Assembly (NCBI GenBank): GCA_965235115.1
Contig: OZ249436.1
Coordinates: 55,430,001 to 55,494,000 of the forward strand
Length of the DNA stretch: 64,000 nt
Source of the DNA: Laetmonice hystrix
Taxonomy: Eukaryota
Direction of reading: 5' to 3'
Shown here: positions 26,601 through 37,319 of the stretch, piece by piece
Position numbering within the stretch: position 1 is the stretch's first letter
How the letters are laid out: every line of letters starts with the position of its first letter
The notes under the pieces: model-generated
What the model was told of the DNA's origin: nothing
Seen by the model: only the letters and a program-made list of their open reading frames with translations
Database searches by the model: none
Program-made: the position numbers and the translations under genes

Positions 26601-29600
26601 TCAACATAACAAATAAATTATATCGGAGATTACGATTGTATATTTTATATACAATCTTTTGCTCCATAATTGCAAGTTGCCTTCCGCCGGTTCACCCATG
26701 GCTGTCATAAAGCAATATCTCCCTGTTTAGTCATGTAAGCTAACGGACAAGTTGTCCACCTGTCCGTTCTGTGACCGGTCATGTAACCCTAACGGACAAG
26801 TTGTCCACCTGTCCGTTCTGTGACCGGTCATGTAACCCTAACGGACAAGTTGTCCACCTGTCCGTTCTGTGACCGGTCATGAAACCCTAACGGACATGCT
26901 GTCCACCTAAACGATCTGTGACCAGTCATGAAACTCTAACGGACAAGTTGTCCACCTGTCCGTTCTGTGACCGGTCATGTAACCCTAACGGACACGTTGT
27001 CCACCTGTCTGTTCTGTGACCGGTCATGAAACCCTAACGGACAAGTTGTCCACCTGTCTGTTCTGTGACCGGTCATGAAACCCTAACGGACATGCTGTCC
27101 ACCTAAACGATCTGTGACCAGTCATGAAACCCTAACGGACAAGTTGTCCACCTGTCTGTTCTGTGACCAGTCATGAAACCCTAACGGACACGTTGTCCAC
27201 CTGTCCGTTCTGTGACCAGTCATGTAACCCTAACGGACAAGTTGTCCACCTGTCCGTTCCATGACCAGTCATGTAACCCTAACGGACAAGTTGTCCACCT
27301 GTCCGTTCTGTGACCAGTCATGTGACCCTAACGGACAAGTTGTCCACCTGTCCGTTCTGTGACCAGTCATGAAACCCTAACGGACACGTTGTCCACCTGT
27401 CCGTTCTGTGACCAGTCATGTAACCCTAACGGACATGCTGTCCACCTGTCCGTTCTGTGACCAGTCATGTGACCCTAACGGACAAGTTGTCCACCTGTCC
27501 GTTCTGTGACCAGTCATGAAACCCTAATGACGGACAAGTTGTCCACCTGTCCGTTCTGTGACCAGTCATGAAACCCTAACGGACAAGTTGTCCACCTGTC
27601 CGTTCTGTGACCAGTCATGTAACCCTAACGGACATGCTGTCCACCTGTCCGTTCTGTGACCAGTCATGTGACCCTAACGGACAAGTTGTCCACCTGTCCG
27701 TTCTGTGACCAGTCATGAAACCCTAATGACGGACAAGTTGTCCACCTGTCCGTTCTGTGACCAGTCATGAAACCCTAATGACGGACAAGTTGTCCACCTG
27801 TCCGTTCTGTGACCAGTCATGAAACCCTAACGGACAAGTTGTCCACCTGTCCGTTCTGTGACCAGTCATGAAACCCTAATGACGGACAAGTTGTCCACCT
27901 GTCCGTTCTGTGACCAGTCATGAAACCCTAACGGACAAGTTGTCCACCTGTCCGTTCTGTGACCAGTCATGAAACCCTAATGACGGACAAGTTGTCCACC
28001 TGTCCGTTCTGTGACCAGTCATGAAACCCTAATGACGGACAAGTTGTCCACCTGTCCGTTCTGTGACCAGTCATGAAACCCTAACGGACAAGTTGTCCAC
28101 CTGTCCGTTCTGTGACCAGTCATGTAACCCTAACGGACACGTTGTCCACCTGTCCGTTCTGTGACCAGTCATGGAACCCTAACGGACACGTTGTCCACCT
28201 GTCCGTTCTGTGACCAGTCATGGAACCCTAATGACGGACAAGTTGTCCACCTGTCCGTTCTGTGACCAGTCATGAAACCCTAATGACGGACAAGTTGTCC
28301 ACCTGTCCGTTCGGTGACCAGTCATGTGACCCTAACGGACACGTTGTCCACCTGTCCGTTCTGTGACCAGTCATGAAACCCTAATGACGGACAAGTTGTC
28401 CACCTGTCCGTTCTGTGACCAGTCATGTGACCCTAACGGACAACCTGTCCACCTAAATGATCTGTGACCAGTCATGTAACCCTAACGGACACGTTGTCCA
28501 CCTGTCCGTTCGGTGACCAGTCATGGAACCCTAATGACGGACAAGTTGTCCACCTCTCCGTTCCTTGCCCAGCAACCGAGGGGATGACGGCAGGTAGTGG
28601 CGGCAGCAGGCGGGGATCCTATGACACGGAGCAGTCGGATGACTCGTCCACCAACAGTAGCGGCGGACAGTCTACGCCCAAAGGTCGCTCCATGAAGGTT
28701 TCAGCCACCCCGCCTAAACGGAAGGACCTCGCCAGTCAGTACTCACTGCTGTGGAATGTTCACGTTGAGAGATTTAACTTTCAGAATGGGAATGTAGAAG
28801 TAGCGATATTTCAAGGTCTTGGTTTTGGCAAGAATCCTGTAAATGCGTTGTGAATATACCAGAAATATTTAGACTCTTCTTTTGAGTTAATACTATCACC
28901 GTAAGGACGTTTTCTTTTTTTAAATGTTTTGAGAAAAGTAAGGAAAAAATGCTCATTAATTGTCTATAGCATTGTAACTAGAGTGTAACCTCGATTTTTG
29001 AAAAGTCCGTTGTTGCCCTGTAGGGCGTCCTGACCATGCTGTATTGTTTGACTACCGTTTCCAGAACTCACCAAGTGGAGTTCCGAAGAGAAGTCGGAGA
29101 CATCCTCGGTGCGGTCGAGTAGCTCGGCGGCCGGCTCGGCCAACAACAGCGGGACGAGCAGCCTGCGGGGCAGCGCCGCCTCCTCTCCGTGCCAGTCTCC
29201 TCAGCCGGGCTCTCCGACCAAGTGGGCCCTGTCCACCGGCGCCGTCGTCACCGGTACCGGTACCGGTACGGCTGACAAGGACGTGGCGGCACTCTCAGCC
29301 GCACACCCACACCCGTGTCGCTACCTGGTGGCCAAGTGTAACACCATCAAACAGCTCGACGTCTCGCAGACTAAGGGTATCTGGGCGACATCGGTGGTGA
29401 ACGAGAAAAAGATCAGCAAGATGTTCAAGGTCAGCGGTGAAGATTACAACATACAGACATTATATCATATATCATGGATATGTTCTGTTCAATGTTTTCT
29501 TGTATTGAATAGATATGCCAGTACAGAAGAAATCTGTGGATCTGGAAATCTCCTTCAAGTTTATAGTCTTAACTTAATTTCCATTCTTCATTCAAAGAAA

Positions 29601-31091
29601 AAAAAGACGATAAATGGCCTTACCAAACAGTTTCTGATTACAGGATGGGAAGACGGTGTACTTGATCTTCTCAGTCCAAGGTAGTGGACACTTCCAGGGC
29701 TACTGTCGTGTCACGTCCATGGTACCGGTGGAGAGGGTTCGGGAATTCTCGTCTCCAGGACTCGCCCCACCCTTCCAGGTTGAGTGGGTCAAAAGGTAAC
29801 CAGCTTTACCCCCTAAAATACCCCACTGAGAGAGATTACCCCAGTGGTGCAGAAAAACTATTAAATTGAATAGCTGACATAAGTATACATGGGTGTAGTG
29901 CTTCTAAATAAAACAGAGGAGAGGAGTAACTTGTAGTCAAGTTAAATGTGTTGGGTTTTAATGTGACATGTATATCTTGACATGATTTCAGGGGTAATCT
30001 TCCTTTTCCACACGCGCACAATCTGCAGAACCCGTGGAATGAGAACAAACGTGTTCAGATAGCAAGGGACGGACAGGTAAGGTGGTGTCAGAAATGGGTC
30101 GTTGAGGAGGGGGGGGGACACGTGTTAGGTTAGTCTTCACAGTTAGGATGATGTACTTAAAAAAGATATTAAGATAGTGTCTATGACCCCTTCCAGAGAG
30201 ACCCTCGTGTTGGAGGGTAGTGGAGGTCAGTATAGAGTGAGTGCACTGTCGTTTTGTGCACAGTCCCTGGGCCCAGGGAGAACCTCGTGTTGGAGGGTAG
30301 TGGAGGTAAGTATAGAGTGAGTGCACTGTCGTTTTGTGCACAGTCCCTGGGCCCAGGGAGACCCTCATGTTGGAGGGTAGTGAGGTCAGTATAGAGTCCA
30401 CTGTCGTTTTGTGCCCAGTCCCTGGATCCAGGGTTGTACACAATTCCTGGGTCCGTGTTACAGCCACGTGTAGGATACACAGACGTTGATGGTCGGTATG
30501 TGTTTGTTGTAGGAGATTGAACCGTCGGTGGGGGAGACCCTGGTGAAGTTGTGGGAGAGAATCCCGGCCTACGTCATGAAGAACTCGCCCCAGGGAAACA
30601 AACTAGGCAACAAAAACTTCAGTCAAGGTCACACCAGTACCAGTCAAGGTCAAGGCGCTGAGGCCAAGTCTGACCCGGCGCGACATTCCGGCAAAGGGTT
30701 TGGGGGTCAACACTGGGGGTCAGGGTCGTCTCACGGTCAGGACGGGAAGGGTCAAGGTCAGTGGGGGTCATCCTCACACGGGGGGTATGGGTCCGGGAAC
30801 ACAACCCACAGCCAGACGACCCCGTCCCCGTCGGTTCCGCAGATGTCTTCCCACGTGAATTCACCCTTCAACCCCCTATACATGCCCCCCAATATGTCAC
30901 AGGGGCAGATGTTCTCCCAGCAAAACATGTCACCCGGCCAGAACATGTCACCAGTCATGATTCTTCAGAGAGGTCAAGGTCACAATCAGAGAGGGGTCAA
31001 CCAGAGCGGTCAAGGTCACAGTCAGGGAAGTGGGTTTTCAGGTCAAGGTGGGGCGAACTTCTATCCTCATAGTAAAATTCAAAAGCAATGA
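14549..31091 (+). CDS. YTHDC2: YTHDC2-like 3'-5' RNA helicase (3' portion, 19 exons, 5' exons not found in window)
   Basis: Manual splice: join(14549..14639,15624..15711,16417..16497,16607..16689,17207..17312,17668..17787,18217..18382,18500..18606,18829..18923,19219..19395,19832..20085,21450..21568,26195..26290,26452..26548,28573..28734,29065..29429,29644..29795,29992..30076,30513..31091). All introns GT-AG and all phases compatible. Motifs: [104 protein letters not shown], and a YTH domain ([27 protein letters not shown]). Confidence 0.96.
15624..15711 (+). CDS. YTHDC2: YTHDC2 exon
   Basis: cacag|..[29 protein letters not shown]|gtaagt. Confidence 0.93.
16417..16497 (+). CDS. YTHDC2: YTHDC2 exon (motif V)
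   Basis: tttcag|[27 protein letters not shown]|gtcggt. Confidence 0.94.
16607..16689 (+). CDS. YTHDC2: YTHDC2 exon (motif VI start)
   Basis: gtag|[27 protein letters not shown](R)|gtatgg. Confidence 0.93.
17207..17312 (+). CDS. YTHDC2: YTHDC2 exon
   Basis: tcag|[35 protein letters not shown]|gtcaga. Confidence 0.94.
17668..17787 (+). CDS. YTHDC2: YTHDC2 exon (WH/HA2)
   Basis: tacag|[40 protein letters not shown]|gtaaaa. Confidence 0.93.
18217..18382 (+). CDS. YTHDC2: YTHDC2 exon (HA2)
   Basis: tgtag|[55 protein letters not shown]|gtaaga. Confidence 0.94.
18500..18606 (+). CDS. YTHDC2: YTHDC2 exon
   Basis: ccag|(F)[35 protein letters not shown]|gtgagg. Confidence 0.93.
18829..18923 (+). 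CDS. YTHDC2: YTHDC2 exon
   Basis: gaag|[31 protein letters not shown](R)|gtaaag; AAG acceptor inferred from homology and phase. Confidence 0.88.
19219..19395 (+). CDS. YTHDC2: YTHDC2 exon
   Basis: tgtag|[58 protein letters not shown]|gtaagg. Confidence 0.94.
19832..20085 (+). CDS. YTHDC2: YTHDC2 exon (OB fold)
   Basis: ttcag|[14 protein letters not shown]...[13 protein letters not shown]...VAIFAGP...SGVH|gtaaga. Confidence 0.93.
20176..20427. mobile_element. Degenerate palindromic MITE
   Basis: Imperfect IR agttctgaaaaacttaagatcttgcttaag / cttgagtttgagcgagatctcaagttatcaagaact. Confidence 0.45.
20490..21400. repeat. 41-nt minisatellite, ~22 copies
   Basis: (aaatcaaaccggttgtactgctgtgataggacagcttacag)n. 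Confidence 0.95.
21450..21568 (+). CDS. YTHDC2: YTHDC2 exon
   Basis: ttttcag|(V)[39 protein letters not shown]|gtcggt. Confidence 0.88.
21742..25880 (+). mobile_element. Non-autonomous Helentron/DINE-1-like (HINE) element in a YTHDC2 intron
   Basis: After a T-run, 5' hairpin ATCCCTTCCCC-cgata-GGGGAAGGGAT (21742-21768); (GTA/GTC)n microsatellite at ~21810-21847; internal ~595-nt direct repeats; 3' subTIR GGGAAGGGAT (25838-25847); palindrome ATTGCTTTAGCAAT; terminal CTAGT. Confidence 0.78.
25885..26100 (-). mobile_element. Probable SINE fragment
   Basis: Reverse complement shares core motifs with 61660-61760. Confidence 0.4.
26195..26290 (+). CDS. YTHDC2: YTHDC2 exon
   Basis: tttag|[32 protein letters not shown]|gtaagt. 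Confidence 0.93.
26452..26548 (+). CDS. YTHDC2: YTHDC2 exon
   Basis: catag|[32 protein letters not shown]|gtaagt. Confidence 0.93.
26730..28572. repeat. 49/52-nt minisatellite, ~37 copies
   Basis: (gacaagttgtccacctgtccgttctgtgaccagtcatgaaaccctaacg)n with a TGA-insertion variant. Confidence 0.95.
28573..28734 (+). CDS. YTHDC2: YTHDC2 exon (Ser/Gly-rich linker)
   Basis: cccag|(S)[53 protein letters not shown]|gtcagt; phases 1/1 fit both neighbours. Confidence 0.8.
29065..29429 (+). CDS. YTHDC2: YTHDC2 exon (linker + YTH start)
   Basis: tttccag|(K)[18 protein letters not shown]...[38 protein letters not shown]|gtcagc. Confidence 0.9.
29644..29795 (+). CDS. YTHDC2: YTHDC2 exon (YTH)
   Basis: tacag|[50 protein letters not shown](R)|gtaacc. 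Confidence 0.94.
29992..30076 (+). CDS. YTHDC2: YTHDC2 exon (YTH)
   Basis: tttcag|[28 protein letters not shown]|gtaagg. Confidence 0.94.
30199..30432. repeat. 80-nt tandem repeat, 3 copies
   Basis: accctcgtgttggagggtagtggagg...gttttgtgcacagtccctggg. Confidence 0.88.
30513..31091 (+). CDS. YTHDC2: YTHDC2 last coding exon (YTH end + low-complexity tail)
   Basis: tgtag|[18 protein letters not shown], then G/Q/S/N/H-rich sequence to TGA at 31089-31091. Confidence 0.9.
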   Translation, partial: EIEPSVGETLVKLWERIPAYVMKNSPQGNKLGNKNFSQGHTSTSQGQGAEAKSDPARHSGKGFGGQHWGSGSSHGQDGKGQGQWGSSSHGGYGSGNTTHSQTTPSPSVPQMSSHVNSPFNPLYMPPNMSQGQMFSQQNMSPGQNMSPVMILQRGQGHNQRGVNQSGQGHSQGSGFSGQGGANFYPHSKIQKQ

Positions 31092-31927
31092 TTCTGGACC
31101 GGCTTTCAGCATTTATGGGGGCTGCATGTGCAGTTTGTAGAATGATATTGTAAGAGGACCACTGATTGGCCCGAAAACGACCAGTGACGAATCTCATTGA
31201 TAGATGCAATTATTGTTCTGTAAAGGATACTTAATTGAGTAATTAGGCGAAGGTCAACAAAAAGGAATTGTAAAGATGTACGAGATGCCGTAGACTAGGG
31301 TTTTGAGGAGTGGTGTGTAGATTGCTGTACATTTATTTATTTTATGAGGCGGTAACCAGATGCTGATAGTAAAAGGCAAAGTGATGTCAATGTTTACAAA
31401 GTGATCTTACATCTCCTTGTTCTACTGCACGGCAGGGACCATGTGATGGCCTCAAGTCTGGTCGAAATATCAGTGTCTTTTAAACATTCTTTTCAATATT
31501 TATCTCAATTATGAAATGTGTTTGAGGGGCGGCATGAGTTGTAGATCTCTAGAGGCCAACACTCGCTGTGATCATTCGTATGGGAGGAAAACATATCACA
31601 TGGTGTGAAAGCTGAAATATATTGAAACTTAGAAACTCTACTCGTGTGTTGGTCTCTATAAAAGCCAGGATATTAAAACACTTACAATAACGGAGCGACA
31701 GACACGGTGCCATACAATTAATCAGTGTGTGGATTTATAGGCAGTGTTGCGGACATTGCGTTCAGTGGCTATGGGCCAAGCAGCTATCAAACTCTAGGCT
31801 GGAGCTGGGCCTATTTGAATCAAAGGAGGAGGGGGGGGGGGGGGTCGGATCCTGGTGACATCAGATGAGGACGAAATGAGATACGTACGTTTATGTATGT
31901 ATGAGGGTTGAAAGAGACAGTAGCGGC

Positions 31928-32229
31928 AGCGATATACACTGGTCCATCCGTTCGCCCGGCCGAGTTCAGTATGGTTGACCGTCTTGAACAAAATTAAAAA
32001 ATGTAGAACGGTTAAGGTCCATAGTCAAACGTCTCCAGTCACCACATTTAAAACTACCCTCTGATTGGTTGCTTTAATACAGACGTAAATGAGGAATTAA
32101 TTTTCACAATTTTATCCAATTACATATATAATGCGCCCTGTATTTATTTTAATTTTTTTATTTATTACTACGGTCAACCATACCCATACAACGCCGAAAC
32201 TGGCCCGGCGGACGGACCAGTGTGTGCGC
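31928..32229. mobile_element. MITE in the probable YTHDC2 3' UTR
   Basis: IRs acactggtccatccg..tatggttgaccgt / acggtcaaccata..cggacggaccagtgt. Confidence 0.6.
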
Positions 32230-32439
32230 TTATGGTTGAGCACCAAATGTATTAACTTGGTATTCTTTTGGTAACATAGGCCAAAACGATATTATACCTG
32301 TTCAAACCCTTTGTATTTTATCTCTAGACCAGAGTTTATAATAAGGCCACTTTGTGTTTATAGCTGCAACTAAATGAGTAGGAAATTCACGTTTTGAGAG
32401 GAAAATGTGCCGGGCTTATTACCTTTTGTACGTGTTTTG

Positions 32440-32511
32440 ATACATATATGTAATACATTTGTATTACATACATGTAATACATTTGTATTACATATATGTA
32501 ATACAAATGTA
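32440..32511. repeat. Palindromic AT-rich tandem repeat
   Basis: tacatatatgtaatacatttgtattacat repeated and self-complementary. Confidence 0.75.
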
Positions 32512-33587
32512 GCTCTTTAAATGACAAGACAAGAAGTCAGCAGGGGTGATGATGCACTGTGGTAGAGAGACAGGGCCCTAAATAAGTTTAAATGTCTTTA
32601 ACTCGCCAGCTCTGCTTGCTCGCGGACGTTATTCTCTCCGTGACGTTTTGTTTCTGAAAGATGACCCCGGGCGGTGCCGGAAAGGATCAAGACAAGATAG
32701 TAGAATCTGTTTCGGATGTTAGATTACAGGGATATTCCTGGGCGAAAACTGATGTGTGCCCTGTGGGCACACCCACCGGAAAAAAATGTGACATTTTTTG
32801 AAAATGTGTTCCCGGTGGATACTCGTACACAAATTTATATTTACGTCCTCTGAGGTTGAACACTGAGCAATAATAGCGTGCTTGAAGAGTAGCACCCTCT
32901 GTCGAATATTGCCAGTGATACCCTAGATTGCACTACTGTTGAAGTCAATGTCATTAGTACAGGTAGGCCCATTTACCTACCCCCCCCCCCCCCCAACCGA
33001 AGTGTGCCCACAGGGCACAGCTATGATTTTTACTTGCGCCCTCAATTATTTCTACATGCCATTGGCGCAATGGCACGTTCCAATCCCTGGATTATACCCC
33101 CCTCCCCAAGAGGACAACTCTTCGTACCACCTCTCTTCATCCTGTCAATGATCAGTGTGTGTTACAATTTAGTTCTTTTTGACGTGTAGAATAATGGACA
33201 CCATTAACTAAGCAGATTGTACGTTAGCTTGATTACCCAACAAGGCAGACCCCCAAAACCTGTGATGTGATACTTGGGTCGTTTGCTGTAACCATCTACA
33301 GGACACTTGTGGGGCAAGGTTGTCCTTGGTGACTGCACAATATACCAGATCAATAGTTCTTTTACAGTTCGTACATTTTTACGACGGGAGGGAAAATGGT
33401 TATACATTATATTAATACAATGTCGGATTTTATAGCATTTGTTAGCATGTGTTACAAAGGATGTTCAGAAAAGGAAAGCGATTGTGTTTATACTGTTGTT
33501 CTTAATCGTCATCCGTTATAGACACGGCCCGTTTGGAGATTGCCAGAAGAGGACGGAGAGTATGTTGTGACTGGGGATACGTTCAGC

Positions 33588-33593
33588 AATAAA
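33588..33593 (+). terminator. Candidate YTHDC2 polyadenylation signal
   Basis: AATAAA about 2.5 kb after the stop; ATTAAA at 31672 is an alternative. Confidence 0.3.
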
Positions 33594-34427
33594 ACTGCGT
33601 AACGTTCGTAACAGTACATGCTACTGAACACACCCCAGAGAAATGGCGGTCGTCTCTGAGGTCTGGAGGTAAAGAAAGTGCAAGGATTGTGACCTGGTCT
33701 GGCCTTCCGGAAGAAGTCAGGAAAGGGCAGAGTCTTGCCTGGCCTGTATGTAAGAAATCACGAAGAAGTTATGATAATAATACGTGGGAGTTATGTGTAC
33801 TTGAAGGACTGTACGGTACGACAGTGGATATTTGCTCGATACATGTTCTGTTTGCGTCAATCGTTGGTCTGCAATGTTAACATCAGTCAGTTCAATTAAA
33901 GCTTTATTCAGTCACGTGTCATCGTTGTTCCAATCCTATGGTGTTTTAGTATGGATGTTGTAGTAAAATAAGTGGAGAATGAAGTACATGAACATGACAG
34001 GGCCGTAGCTAGCGCGGGGGGGGGGGTTATGGGGGAGGACCCCCAGACCCCCGCTCGTGGATTTGCGCCTTCTGTATGCACCACAAGACAGACTTGTTGC
34101 CTTGGTTATCAATTTGATATAGCATCCCCCCCCCCAAAAAAAACAACTCGTTACTCCTTTTATTCAATTAATTGCCTGCAGTAGGCCTACCAGGAATCTG
34201 AAACCACACGCCGTCGATATCATCACCCAACAAGAGCAGATTGGTCTCCTGCCACGCCCCAGTGTTTTTCTTTCTTTCCTTTTTTCTTCTTCCTTATCAG
34301 GATATGTCATTTCAGGATCCTCCAATCCCAGTTCTCAACGGCAGACTCAAAAATTGGGGTGGGGGGGGGGGGCGTGTGTACTCGTCTGCGCACGCGTGGA
34401 CTCCTGTCTTTTACCACCTCCACCAGT

Positions 34428-34902
34428 TGTCGGACTGTCCGCGCAACCCTCGGCATGTCGGACTGTCAGTGCAACCCTCGGCATGTCGGACTGTCAGTGC
34501 AACCCTCGGCATGTCGGACTGTCAGCGCAACCCTCGGCATGTCGGACTGTCAGCGCAACCCTCGGCATGTCGGACTGTCAGCGCAACCCTCGGCATGTCG
34601 GACTGTCAGTGCAACCCTCGGCATGTCGGACTGTCAGCGCAACCCTCGGCATGTCGGACTGTCAGCGCAACCCTCGGCATGTCGGACTGTCAGCGCAACC
34701 CTCGGCATGTCGGACTGTCAGCGCAACCCTCGGCATGTCGGACTTGGATGCAACCCTCGGCATGTCGGACTGTCAGTGCAACCCTCGGCATGTCGGACTG
34801 TCAGTGCAACCCTCGGCATGTCGGACTGTCAGTGCAACCCTCGGCATGTCGGACTGTCAGTGCAACCCTCGGCATGTCGGACTGTCAGCGCAACCCTCGG
34901 CA
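34428..34902. repeat. 28-nt minisatellite, ~17 copies
   Basis: (tgtcggactgtcagcgcaaccctcggca)n. Confidence 0.95.
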
Positions 34903-35420
34903 CTGCCTTGGTGTGTTTTCATTGGCCGCTCACAAGGTGGCCTGATGTCTTGCTGTGAAAACATTGCTCGGGATTGTAAGCTCGGGACGGATATAGCGGA
35001 TAATTCACCCAAGGTTACATGCCATCACAGTCACTCACATGAGACGGTCCTGTAAAACGTATAAACCGGGCGTGGATGATGACTAGGTGGGGAGGGTTAC
35101 AGTGAGCCAATGATTATATCAAACGCTCGACACATTATATATTCAGGTCATAGATGGTAAATAAATAATGGTTGATTTATTTGAGAGTATACTACCTCGC
35201 CCACCCTGTTCTAGTATACGTGAAATCAGATTTTAAATGGACGCAGTGGAAAAGCATTGTGGAGAGATTGATGGTCTGCATTCAAAGGGCGGGGAGAAGG
35301 CGCTAAAAGACCGCCAAACAGGAGGTTCGTTTTACGGTTAAAAGTTAAATGGAAACTTTCAGAAATATATTGTGTCAGACACCTTTATATTAGGGACCAA
35401 ATAAATACTCTGTCCTGTGG

Positions 35421-35796
35421 GGGTGCCTATAAAACGAAGACCTAAATCCCTTTCCTACTAATTAGCCTTATCAGCAGTATAATGTGGTTTGACAAGGTTT
35501 GGTGACATTGCAAGATGATATAACCTAAAAAGTGGGGTCTTTCTTTTAGAGTTTGGCCCCCTCAAAACTATTAAACGAAGATCCTCTCCAAATCAAACTT
35601 CATCAACAGTCTTAAAAATTGTCTTCGTTTTATAGTTTTGAGGGGGGTAAACTATCAAACGAAGACCCTGATTATTTTCCCACTAATTAGCAGTATGGTG
35701 TGGTTTGACAAGTTACGGTGACATTACCAGATGATATAACCCCCCAAAAAGTGGGGTCTTCGTTTTTGGGTCTTAGGTCTTCGTTTTATAGGCTCC
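35421..35796. mobile_element. MITE with internal duplication
   Basis: TIR GCCTATAAAACGAAGACCTA / TAGGTCTTCGTTTTATAGGC; TCCTGTGG directly repeated at both ends. Confidence 0.7.
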
Positions 35797-37319
35797 TGTG
35801 GTAAGTTTCACATCTTGATGGCCATACAGTCACGCCACCGCCCCCCCCCCCCCCCCGACCATGTGACAGACTGTTTGACAGAATGAACGTCACCAAGACG
35901 ACCTCAACAGCTGAAACGGTCCCTCGCATATCAGTGTTCTATGAAAAGTGAGCCCACCGCCGGTACCCTACATTCCGGGTCTCTGCATGGGCCCGCTCGC
36001 TCGGACCGCCGGTCACCACTCTCCCGGCTGGCCCTCCGAGGTGCAGTCTCACTGCCTGGGGCACTACCAGTACCCGGTCCTCACAGCCATCAGTCACACT
36101 CGATGTTAACTTCAGGGTCCCACCCCCAACCCCACCGACAGTCACATTACAAGTTACTCAAGGACTTCCTAGGATTACACTGCAATGCCATTCAAGGAAT
36201 TCGGCTTGATTAGTGCGACTCGGCAACAAGGCCAAACTCCAAACTCTTATCGTAGCCTACTATGGATTATAGATTTCTACGGTGATGATTCACGCCAGAT
36301 TTTAATAGAGGAAGTCTCCGTGTTTTCTTGAAATGTGTACGCCCCACACAATATTTACATAAGGAGGAATTTCACGAACAGCATTGATTTGCTATGTTTT
36401 GACGCGGTAGGCCTATGGGCCTCTCAATGATTATCTCAGCGTTTCGTGGAATATAGAGTCTGCTACATCGATTATCTCATAGGTTGTAGGGTGTGGACGA
36501 GGAAGTGGCCCCATTATAATGTTAAACCCTTGTGTGGTCTTCGAGGATTACCACCACATGCGTTATCCTACCCGACATAGGAATGTTCTCAAGTAGGACG
36601 GCTTGGCGACTGCGTCCCGCCGCCCGTCCCTCCCTCCATAGTAGATACAGTTGATACTTGAAACTGCTGCTCCAGATATAACGTGACGCTGGTAAATCGG
36701 GTTGTTTTGGGTTGAACATGAAATGTTTGCATGACGTGGTGAGATGTACGCCAGTACCTCAGCTTGCACACCCCTGCCCTGACTGTGTGGTGGTCAGTGT
36801 CTGTCCACAAACCCCTACCATGTCGTCAGCATCCCGACAACACGTCATCAGGCAGGCAGACGACGTCTCGATATACGAAACGCAGACCCGACCGACACCG
36901 AGGTCGACTGACTTAATTGACTCCCGCGTGTCATATTTCAATGCCAACACACCCCCGAGCCAACTCCCACCAAGTTGAACACCTCCTGTGCGTGTGTCAC
37001 TAGTACTGGCCAGAACGCTGCGCCATTCAACACACCATCTACGGAGGCGGACACTCGCCTCCATCTTTGGAAATTACCGGTATTGTGAAATTGTGACATT
37101 TCAGCCCGTTAACCATCCAGTTTTTTTCCACGGGTGATATTGGATATGTTTTGAACTAGTAGTCCATTGAGGCTGGCCGGAGGGCATTATATAGGCCTCT
37201 CAGACTTCACAACACGTACTCGAGCTACTCTTGGAGAGTTATGGTAGCCATGGAAACCAAGACTGCAACTAGAAGGTATGGCCTAATTTCGTTATCAATG
37301 TAGGGAAGGTGGGGTATAA

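Noticed and set aside
26730..28572. CRISPR-like array (palindromic repeats); also considered for 20490-21400 and 34428-34902
   Set aside because: Units are head-to-tail with no unique spacers, there are no cas genes, and the context is a eukaryotic intron or intergenic region.
34241..35055. Three overlapping ~200-234 aa ORFs
   Set aside because: Translation of a stop-free 28-nt minisatellite.
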